Assembly (NCBI GenBank): GCA_964247055.1
Contig: OZ176052.1
Location: forward strand, 10,664,001 to 10,728,000
DNA from: Paragordius varius
Taxonomy: Eukaryota > Animalia > Nematomorpha
Reading direction: 5' to 3'
Length of the DNA: 64,000 bases
Numbering within the stretch: position 1 is the stretch's first letter; every line of letters starts with the position of its first letter. The translations under genes were made by a program, and so were the position numbers. The notes under the pieces were generated by a model. The model had not been told where the DNA came from. It ran no database searches and saw nothing but the letters and a program-made list of their open reading frames with translations. This document shows, one piece after another, positions 27,750-38,765 of this stretch.

Positions 27750-28070
27750 TTATTTATTTTTTTCTTGGTTTTTTATTCTTTTTAGTTTTCCTTTTTGTAA
27801 ATTCTTTTTGAAAACTTTTTTATTTTTTTTCGAAACTTTCATTGTTGATAGATTATCATTAACAACTTTGTTTGCAGATTTGTTGTATAATGTTTCCCAC
27901 CAATTTTCATTGTCAAAGCCAAGCCCATGAGTGTTTTCTTTTTTTATTTGTGTTATAGGGTGTGTTATTCCGTTTTTATTTAATCCTAGGCCCTGACCTA
28001 ATAATATAATTTTAAAACGTAAACCCTTTTTCCATCCTTGTTTTTTCAATATCTTTTGCCCGTAGGTTTC
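27750..28070 (-). CDS. GPATCH4: G-patch domain protein, GPATCH4-like (start codon unresolved)
   Basis: YGQKILKKQGWKKG|QGLGLNKNGITHPI..KENTHGLG..NWWETLYNKSA after removal of a 27-nt intron (28024-27998); Lys-rich tail. Confidence 0.8.
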   Translation of the reverse strand, partial: ETYGQKILKKQGWKKGLRFKIILLGQGLGLNKNGITHPITQIKKENTHGLGFDNENWWETLYNKSANKVVNDNLSTMKVSKKNKKVFKKNLQKGKLKRIKNQEKNK

Positions 28071-30354
28071 CGTCTTAAAATTGATATCTGGATATATTTT
28101 AATATGACTAACTGGCCGTAAAAGGCACTACATCTGTTATATATGTTTATGCAAGAGGATTATATCTATACCCAGTCTCCCGTCAATAAGAAATTATAAA
28201 AAATTTAAATAAAATTTATAAGAAATAATAACTTATGATAGTAGCATGCTTTAAGAATATATAAAAAAAGTATTCAATTACTCATTATAACTGTTAAATT
28301 TCTAATACTGCGAAACAAACAGATAAAAAATTATTTTAAAATATAAGAATAAAATCCAGGCTCACACAAAAAATATCATGAAACATATTATATAAATATA
28401 TATATATATCAGATATATTAGGACCATAATGCTTTTGATTTTAGGCTTTACGATTGATCGAATATATTCACTTTTGGCGTATCCATAATGAAAAATAGCA
28501 AAAAAACACATCATAAATATTTTTTCCAAATAATTTATCTCAAAAAAATATATTATATAATATATTTAAGCAAAACATTATTGTAATAAAATTTGAATTT
28601 AGATATGGGCAAATTTTTAAATGTTTTTTTAACACAAACGCAATGATGAGATTGATAGATTTTTATACAGTGCGCGCAAAAAATATAAAGAAAACAAATT
28701 TCATATACATAGAATTATAGATATGGGAGAAAGTTTCAAATTTTTGGTCCTTAAAATGGGCAAGTTTTTAGAAAAAACACTGAAATGCCAAGATTAGACG
28801 ATACAGTTAAACAATGCCGACAAAAAAAAATTTTTCTGAAAAAAAATGGAAAATTTATTTAAAATTTTATTGGTAAATTTTGTTGAATTAAAGTTCTGTA
28901 CGTGATTCAGAAAAAATTAATTTGGCAATTTTTTATTTGTTAATTATTTTTATTATTTTGTTTATGGTATTTCGAATCATGGTTAAAACGGTATAAAATA
29001 ATGTGACTAGGTCTTTTAAACCCTTACTCCAAGAATAAAACATTTGTACTTATTTTTACACCAGATTTTTGGTGTGGAATATCAAATGATATCGTTCTTA
29101 ACTATTTATAAGCTCATTAGAAACAATTTAAAATATTTGTGTTAAGAAAATGAGAACGTCTTTCCGTTTAATAATATCAAAATAAAACTAAAATAAACTT
29201 AAACTTGAAGAAATGAAATAAAAGGTAAGTAATATATATTTAACCTACAAAAGTCCCAATATAGCCGCAGTTTTTTTCAACCGAGTGCACTGCGAAAAAC
29301 AGTCTATCTGGTGAGATTAATATATTGACACTCCTTTTGTTTTATATTATTCGATAATGCTAAAAATTTGAATCACCTTAGATTTTTTTTAAAAATGTGT
29401 TTGACCTCTAATTTTCAATGATTGTAAAAAAACGTTGAAAAATTTACATTTTAGTGTTAATTACTCCATATCGACAAAACACAAAGAGCGCACTTTGTTC
29501 TTAATAACCTTTTTAGGTAGAAGGGTAGATGCCTAATTACAAAAATCTTATTAAAATTATTGCAAACTATATTTTAAATTTAATCTACATTAAAACATAA
29601 TTTAATTCTTAGAAGTGAGCCCCAAATGAAATTTTGATTTCCCTCTAAAATAAAATTGTCTTAAATTAAACAGAAATATTTTTATTTACTTAGATTTTGA
29701 CATTAAAAATTAATAAGGCATTCTATTCTTACAAATTTAATTTTTAGCAAAATTTTGTTGAAGCCTATTGATATTTTGATATATGTGGGAACGGTACTTT
29801 CATTAAAAGATTCGTCTGTGTCTAAACTAGATTATTTGCGAAAAACACTCTATATTAAATAAAATTTAATTACGAACGAGCCTTATTAACACAAATCTGA
29901 TGTGATAGAAAGGTTCAACATCATCGAGTTATAATATTAAAGGACTTAAAAGGAAAATTGTATTGTATGTAGCCACATGTATTAAAACTGTTGTTCAAAA
30001 AAATATTTTTACCACTCCATTACCTTTTGGGGTAGTTTTTCCCAGAGTGAGTAAAATTCGATCTTAAATGTAATTTAGGTATTAAGCCAAATTTAATAAA
30101 TGCTCTCTTTAGTGCTTTAGGCTTAGTCTACAAAATCTTTTTTTAAATTTATAAGTGTAAAAAAATCTATCTCAAACTTTTTTGCCGCCATTTTTTTCTA
30201 TAAAAATTTTTACGCTAATGCAACAAATAAATGTAAATGGTTAGAAAATGTAAATAATTAACTTTAAAAGATTGGCTGCTTTTTATCAGCAAAAAGTTGA
30301 TGTATTTTGATTTTAATATCAGCTGTTTGTTTTCATGTATTGGAGCTGTTTTAA

Positions 30355-30931
30355 CACTTGGATACAACACACTCATTTTAGTCCTTCGATTCAAATTGGG
30401 GTAGTTGGATACCCCAGGCCTGTTTAAGATCAAATACCTTAAAAAGTAGGGATGCAATCAAAACCATTTCAAAATTTTGCACTTATATAAAATAAACCGA
30501 GATATATAAAAAATTTTATTCAAAATACTTGATATTACTTATTTTGAGCTAAAACTGAAAGGTAAAAATTTAGTCAACGTGACATGTGTCAAATTGTAAA
30601 ATTAATAAATAATACAAAATAAACCGCTTTTTCTATTTCTATCAATGTTAGATGTAATTTATATAAAAAATTAGCTTTAGTTTTACCCTTAAAATTAAAT
30701 CAAGACGATATTTTGCAAAATTTTTGTAAAATAAAAATGGCGTCGAAGTAGTTTGAGATGGAACTTTTTTTTCAAAACAAAATTTTATCAATATATTTTG
30801 GCATATGTATATAATATTTATCAGGATAGAAGCATAAATTTAAATTGGGACCGTTTCCTTCAGTAGTTTTTTAAAAATTTTAATTTAAATTTAGTCTGGG
30901 GTATTTAGATACCCCAATTTGAATCGAAGTG
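30355..30931. mobile_element. piggyBac-like MITE (family D)
   Basis: TTAA on both sides, CACTT...AAGTG termini, and an inner inverted repeat cgattcaaattggggta with asymmetric spacing. Confidence 0.82.
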
Positions 30932-31749
30932 TTAATTTTAGACTTTAGAAAGCTGTAAAAATTTTTTATAAGCTTTTATATCTAATACACGAGAATTATG
31001 TTTGATAATTAAATTTTAACTAAAATAACCTTCAAAACAGTAGTTTATTTACACAATTGACCTCTGGGCTATAAAACTACCCCAAAATGTAAATTAAGAC
31101 AATAAAGGTAAAAGGTTATAAAGTGTTAAATGGTATCACTTTTTAGTTTATACATTAAGATTATATAAATTGAAACATATTTGATTTTAGAGAAATAAAA
31201 TATAATAAATTTTTAGATTAATTATTGTTTTTATTGCTATAAATTTAATTCGAAAAAATGCATATCTAAAAATATAGATGAAACAGAATTTTTTTATCAA
31301 AAACAATGGTAAAATCATAAATTATTTTTTTGAAATAATACGGTAACCCGTAAAATTTTTTTTGGGAAAATTATATTTGTAACCGCAAACCTTTGCTAAA
31401 GAACTGTTTTTTGTCAAAAAATATGTGGAATTTGAATCAAAAGCGGTTTCGGTTCAAGTTAAAATGTTAATTTTTAATATCTGGTTAATAAATCGTAATA
31501 ACAGTTTAAGTTGTTAAACTTCAAATAGCTATTTTCATTTTTCTATGTAATATATAAATAACAAAATTATAATCCACAAAGATGATAATTAATGGAATTT
31601 ATTAGTTTATGTGTAAGAACATATGCGCAGTGGTCACGTAAACTGTACATGCGTGAATATATCGAAAAATTTAATTGCATAAATGAAATTGACTAAAAAT
31701 ATTCTGACAGTTAGTGTATTCAAAATGTGTTGTTCACTTTAGATAAAAA

Positions 31750-33336
31750 TCAAGGAAGCAAAAGAGATAGCCACGCTCCAACTGACATCATTGAACCCAT
31801 GGGGGTTAAAAGACTTTGCGCTGATGTGTTAAGCATGGCATGTAGATAACAGCTTCCAGTAAAAGCAAATAATCCACTTAAAAATAGACCGCCGGTCTAA
31901 TAATATATATACATATATATCAATAATATTAAATGATATATAATTTCAAAACTTATAATAATATGTATATTTGAAACTGAATGGTCCAACACGTTCTCCA
32001 AAAAATTGACTTAACCCATTTTTCACACGGGGTGGGCCCAAATTGGGGACCTAATTCCAAAAAAGGGCGAAGCTATTGTCGGGGCATTCATTAATGATTA
32101 TATTTTTTCGATGTTTGGATTTGAATGGGTTCACCGGTTTTCCGGAAACAGTTCACAAAGTTATATGAAAAATCAGTTTTTAGCGGGTAGCTCCTTACCC
32201 AGCAGCTATCATCAAATAAACGGTGGACTAAAATTTTTGCCTTTTAACAGGGAATACGTGGAATCTTTATTGAATTTTTAAGGTCTCATACCTAGGACGA
32301 AAAATCGATTTAAAAAATTATTTTTGTGGACTTTGTTTTTTGAAAAAAATGGCATTTTACGGGGGGAGCGGGTAAAAAGAGGGCCTAAATCAAAAAAGTG
32401 GCTCGACTATGTTCGGCGCAATCGAAAATAAGTAAACAAAAATCATATTTGAAATTGAATGGTCCAACACGTTCTCCGGAAAATTGTCTCAAAAACACGA
32501 TTTTGTGGACTTCAAAACCCGTTTTTCATACGGGGTGGGCCCGAACTGGGGGCCTATTTCAAAAAAAGGGCGAAGCTATTGTCGGGACATTTATTAATGA
32601 TTATATTTTTTCGATATTTGGATTTGATTGGGTCTACCGGTTTTCCTGTACCAGATCACAAAGCCAGCATTTTCCATTTTTATAAATATATAGATTAAAA
32701 TAAATGTTTTACCACATCTAGAAAAGGGTTCAAGGTTTAAATCTCCAAAAATTTTTTATTGTTTTATAAGGGAAGGTAGGCGTTAGAAATGATCGATACC
32801 TCATTATTTAACCCTTCTTTTCCCCTTTTAATAAGTTAGACACAAATTGGAAAAATTCATTTATATACTTTTTATTATCCAATTCGATCAAACAATAATA
32901 TTAGAGTATTATTAATTATTAACTTATCTATTAAAATATAGCTTATGTTTATTTAATCGAAAATAATATATTAAACTTACCAATTGTGGATGTTTTGACA
33001 AAGGTGTTAGAATTAATCCAATCGAACTTATATAATGAAAAAATTTTCCCGTTTGAAATATCTATAGTAAGGGAAGAAAGAATATTGTTTAAAAATAAAA
33101 ACATACCTGCTTACAACTTGGAGAATTTTGGTTCAAAACTAAAATGAAATAGGAATAATAATAATTTATATACTCATAATATATCAAAAAAATATTTGCG
33201 CCATACCATGTTTTCCAAAGGCAGCAAAAAAATATGCAGAAGCGGCAGATATCACTCCAATTTTATAAAATGTTTTAGCAGACGTGTCCAAAGAATTAAA
33301 ATTAATAATTGTTGCGGATCTTGTGAGCAAGGACAT
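31750..33336 (-). CDS. TMEM256: Transmembrane protein 256 (DUF423 family)
   Basis: Exons 33336-33207, 33138-33107, 33061-32981, 31896-31750. FYKIGVISAASAYFFAAFGKH, IFQTGKFFHYISSIGL..SKHPQL, TGGLFLSGLFAFTGSCYLHA, LTPMGS..GAWLSL. Confidence 0.88.
31975..32694 (-). mobile_element. Helitron family B, two partial copies in TMEM256 intron 3
   Basis: A|TCTATATATTTATAAAAATGG 5' end at 32694; sequence matches 23443-24453. Confidence 0.82.
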
Positions 33337-34221
33337 TTTAAATAGTAAGGATGATTATTCGAGAGAATTAATGAATAGATTAAAATAGATTAAAAACCAT
33401 AAACATATTTATGAATAATAATGATATACTATTTAATATCTGTACGTGATGTTTATTTCATAAAAAAGATATTTTCAAAAATTCTATTTTTAATATGAGC
33501 CAAAATAATTTTTTTGATTTATACTTTTACTGTTTTGTTTTTTGAACTCTATAAAAATAAGTTTTAAGAACTTAGGCGTGTATAATGTTTTGATTCATCA
33601 ACAAGGGTACAAACACCTTGAAATTTTGATAAAGACGCCAAAACATAATAAGCAAAAACATAAAAAGCTGGTTACATACCCAATTAACTAGTATTTGCCA
33701 CAAATCGACATATGCTGAAAATATTATGATATTTGAAATCATCTTATTTTTTGCTTTAACATAGAGGTTGCATAAATATTATTATATTGTTAAAAATAAG
33801 GGGTTATAGATAATCGTGAAAAATATTTATATATAGATAAAGCATCGGGACTCTGATGGTAATTTGGGGTTTGAACCTTATCATAAGTTAAAAAATTCCA
33901 CTTTTAGGGCAATTGCACAAATATTTTTTTTGGTAAATGCATTTTTGTATACAAAATGTATTAAAAAGCAAAATATATATTTTTTAATTTTAGGTGTGGG
34001 TTTCGAATTGAGCTAATTTTCAAAAAAACGCAAAAATGCCAAGAAAGCGTGCCAATTTTGAATATACGATATATCAGAAAATAGGACATTTTTAACAAAT
34101 GATCTATTTGCCTTAAAATTTTTTAAAAATTTTGATGTATTTTTTGGTATTAAGTAAGAAATGGTACAGAACACGATAAGATATTATTACAATGTGAGCA
34201 AGTATATATTGCTAGAAAGTG

Positions 34222-34336
34222 ATTAATTGCCAAATAGTATATACAACAAAGGGAACTATTATTGGCTTATAGGTGTTTTTCAATTTTTATTTGGCAATAA
34301 TTCTCTTTGTTGCATATGCTATTTGGCAATAATTAA
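34222..34336. mobile_element. Small palindromic MITE-like element
   Basis: attgccaaatagtatatacaacaaag at the left end is the near reverse complement of ctttgttgcatatgctatttggcaat at the right end. Boundaries approximate. Confidence 0.55.
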
Positions 34337-35596
34337 TGACTTAACCGTATCTCATGCTGTAATTCGATGCTGTTGTAGATTATCGCCTCAAGATAAGTTT
34401 ATTGGAAATAAACGACATAATTATTGAAATTTTGGATTAAAAAACAGCAGCAATAAATTTCATATTACTGTATTCAACATGCTTCAGATATTATAAAATG
34501 CCCCCAAGAAAGTTTTGCCAAAAATAAAAAATATAAGACAAGTTCAGCTTTGTTTTTAAAATTTATAATCACAATCTAGCATATATAAAATTTTGTTATC
34601 GCAAAATCACGGCAATCTTTGCGCTTTAAGAAAACTAACCCATTTTAGAGGCCAAAAATTTAACACTTTCGAAAGTCATATCTAAAAATTAAATTTAATT
34701 GATCTTATTTTTTATTCTATAATAATATATTAAAATATTTTAGATTGACGCCTGTTGATTCTATTAATTTTATTCGGTAAATTTTCCGCTATTTTTGTAA
34801 CTTTTTGATATAAATTCTACAAAAGGAAATTTTTTTAATGTTTTTCAACCCCAATCCAAAGGGAAACATTTTTTAAAAAATTAATATATATTTTATCAGG
34901 ATATTTATTAGTGTGCAATATGTGTAATACGGTTTGAGACATTGTACCATAAATTAAGGATAATAATATGCTTATTTATATTTTGAATCTAACAATCATA
35001 GCTATTTATTGGGAAAATGTATTTTATGATCTTTTGTTTAAGCGGTGAGGTTAAAAAATTGAAAATACTTAGGGATGGTATAATTATGAGATGCAATAAT
35101 TTTTACATAATGTTATTTATAACTTCTACCGTAACCACGTATTCCCGATACTCGTTTAATGAAGCTGGTACAAACAATGAAATTAAAATTTTGTTAAAAA
35201 AAATGTTTGTGGTTAGGATTATTTAATAAAATAAATTTTATAGGATCCTTATGTAATTATAACATTTGATCAATAAGTGCATAAAAAATTAATGTGTAAA
35301 TAAAGGGAAATATTTTTTGTTACATACTTTTTTGTAATTAAAGTACTTAAGATTTTTTTTGCACAATAAACATATAAATGAATTTGCACTTAGGTTTTAG
35401 ATATATTTTTTGTCTACAAAAACAATGTAGCATTAATTGACTATTTTGAGAACATTTTTTTCTTTAATTTAAATGAAATTTGGGGTGAACCCAGGACTAA
35501 ATTAAAAAAAAATTATGAACGGTGCATTCTTAAAGGAAGCAGAATGGATAATTATATTTAATTAATACGAAAAAATATTCCAAGCACGATGAGACT

Positions 35597-36977
35597 TGCA
35601 ATTTAGTACCGCATTTTTATGAGGAGGTGGCTAAATGAAGTGGCTAATTATAATATATCTGAACTAAAATCGCATCATAAATTAACATCTAAACGGCCAT
35701 CCTATGTTAAAATAGGCCTACACGTTGGTACAGAGCTACAAAGTATGGTTTTAAAACTTGATGATACAGGGTTTATAAAATATATGCCATTATTGCATAT
35801 TGGCTTACACAATTTCCTAAATAGTTTTAAAGACACAATACATATTATTAATATATATTATAATAACATGTCAGAGACTTTTAGATTTTAGCGACTGCAA
35901 TAATTAATTAGTATTTTTGCCATTAATTCTTTTGGTAATAGACGGGTTTAAACACAGGGAATATTAAAAATGGGTCAGCCATGATCTGAATTTTAAATTA
36001 TATAGCCATTCATAATCTATAATGGGCCTCGTTTTCAACAAGATTGCGTCAAAGACATGATTTAACTTTTTATTGATATATTAACCATAATCATTCGAAT
36101 GGTTTGTTTTAAAATATTACAACAAAATGTAACCTATGAAATTGAATAGCTAAAACAAGCAATGGATAACATAAATTATATGTTTATGGTTCTGATGCCT
36201 TGATAAGATATAAAATCTTAAATTTAATTTTTAAACAGTAGAATTTTTAAAATATATTAAATTTTTTAGGGATTTCAAAGGGTTAAAAATATGTAATATT
36301 TAGTTTATTTTTTTAACCCGATCCCACGTGTAAAAATTATTACATATAAATATTGTTTTTATTTACAATTATAACAAAAATTTTTTGGAAGGAAGTGTTT
36401 ATATTTAGCTAAAAAATTTATTTAGTATCTGCGCAAATTTCGCTATTTGATATGGAGTAATTACAACAAGATTAATATCTTTAGTCACTCGCAAAGCCCA
36501 AACCCAAAAGCAGTATGAGGGCCTTATATATTTTTTTAGCAATATATATATTTCATTATTTTTTATACACCATGATTTTAACTCTGTTTCCCCATGAGCC
36601 GGTATAATTTTTACAACATATACATTATTGCGTTGGGAGAATTATTTGTGTGTGCTGTTTATTTTGTTTTTCTTATTAATAATTACATTTTAGCTGTTAT
36701 TCAATTTGTGGGAAAAAGGATTGAGCTCTAACCTCCGACTATTTTGGGTTAAAAATTAAAACCTTTGAAACATAAATTAGCCAAAATGTTTCCGAAAACA
36801 TAAAATAATAATTTATTAATTTTGTATATGAGATTTGAACTTTCTTCAGATTTTGACTATATGTATCAAATATTTATATTTACTGGTAGTTCTATAGCAG
36901 GGAATCAAATTCGTTTCAACGCAAATTTGAATCTTCATTTCCATTGTTTTCGCTGCCATTTATCTCTTTGATTTTTT
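35597..36977 (+). CDS. Possible fragments of a spliced gene of unknown product
   Basis: ORF 35619-35891 preceded by an acceptor, an exon-like block at about 36426-36512, and a block ending ...FPLFSLPFISLIF* near 36977. No consistent gene model or family could be established. Confidence 0.25.
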
Positions 36978-38375
36978 GAAGCGTTAATAAAACAGGTAAG
37001 TAGAAGTATATGGTTAAATGTAATTAATTAGCTTTAGAGAGCTAATTTTATCAGCAAATTTCTTTTAATTATAAAGAATAATGAATCAGGCTTTAAGGCT
37101 GTCCTAATTTTAAAAACACAAATTCGAACAAAATAAAACAATATTTGATTATTAATTTAAAAAAATACCTTTAAGTCGTTTGTAAATAGGTTTGAGCACT
37201 AACTACCCCCACATAATCTTAAAAAATTAAAAAAGTTTAATATAAGTTGAATAGAGATATTTGATCTAACAAAATAATTAGTTTGCGTTTCCTCATTATA
37301 TTGATCATAAATATATCTTATATCAAGAAGTTTTAATATTATCTTGGATATTTTTGTAACCTAAGGCGATTTCAAATTCAAATATAAAAAGTATTTAACA
37401 CACCATTACCTTTTGATAATTTATATCCCAGAGCGATTTAATATTTAAATATCTTAAAAAGTATTTAAGGTATTAAGCCGAATTATTTGTTTTTGCCTTT
37501 TTAGCGCATTATACAAATTTTTTTTATAAAAATATAAAATTATATTAAAAAATCCTCATCTAAAATTTGTTGCCGTCTTTTATTTCTATCTATTTTTTTA
37601 ATTGTTATAAATTTAATTTGAAAACTTCCCAGGCTACATTTTATCAACAAATCTTGATATGTTATGAATTTAATATCAGCTGTTCGGTTCTATCGTGTTT
37701 TGAAGTTTGGACCCTACAAGTTACAAAACTGTTTCCATAAGTTTTTGCTAATACATGAAAACAATGTTGGATAAAATTTTATTAAAAGTATATTTCATTT
37801 CTAATACCTCTTTAATTTTTCACTTTTTTGTTCTTGTTATTTATTGGTTTCTATCTGAAATTTTAAAAATGCAATTTTCTTTTGTTAAGTACATGATTAA
37901 CTTTTTATAAAGGTATAATTGTAAAAAATATCCATCTTAAACTTTTTTGTTGCAAATAGCGTTTTAAGTCGTTACAGGAAAATAAAAGTAAGTGTTAACA
38001 TTGTAGATAAAAAGCATTACCACAAATCAATGAATAAAAATGTTTATTTTTCAATTGTTAAAACTATTTCAATGGTAATAAAACTATAAAAAAGTCAAGC
38101 TATCTAATAGAAAATTTGGTATATTTAAACCAAAAAACAATAAAGCATTTTATATGCAAGTTTATGCTCTAATACATAAAACTCCTCCAAAATGTGATTT
38201 TGGAAAATAAAAAAGCGAATAACTATCCATTATATGAAAGATATAAATTTCAAGCCTTGGATTTGAAGTTGAAATGTATTGTAGTTATTTTATTATCTGC
38301 AACAATACATTTTTTTGAAACGTGACTGACTAACATTTTCATATTCGGCTAAATTGTGACTTTTTCCTATTTGAA

Positions 38376-38714
38376 ATGCAAAACGATCAAGGAGAATATG
38401 TTGACCTGTTTATACCTCGCAAATGGTTTTTTATCATTAATATTTAGTTCAGCAACAAATAATATTTTAGCCGCCAAAGATCATGCCTCTATACAACTGG
38501 CTATCGCTGATGTAATATTTTTTAATAGTGTAGATTGGTGAAGATGGTGTTGCTTTACCTTCATCCAAAATATACGCTATATGTGGTCGAATCCGACGAA
38601 TAGTATTTGTTACATATAAATTTAGGGTGAATCTGATGACAGTATCAATAGACTTACTAAACAAGATGGAATTCTCGCTAAGTAAACTCTTTTTAATTGC
38701 ATAGGAATTTTTAA
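38376..38714 (+). CDS. RPS21: 40S ribosomal protein eS21
   Basis: Exons 38376-38425, 38448-38511, 38534-38602, 38626-38681, 38705-38714 give [82 protein letters not shown]. Confidence 0.97.
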
Positions 38715-38765
38715 ATATAAATTTATTTACGATATCAAAATAAAATAAATGTTTGAATACTACTA

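Noticed and set aside
31620-31660. tgcgca / catgcg / gtcacgt motif cluster as a promoter
   Set aside because: It lies downstream of TMEM256 with no gene start nearby, and short motifs alone are insufficient evidence.
35619-35891. Assignment of this ORF to a nucleotide cyclase (KIGLHVG) or to FAM151/menorin
   Set aside because: The resemblance is limited to a few residues and the flanking motifs are absent.
38512-38528. 17-nt version of RPS21 intron 2 (first AG)
   Set aside because: It shifts the frame; only the 22-nt version restores YAICG.
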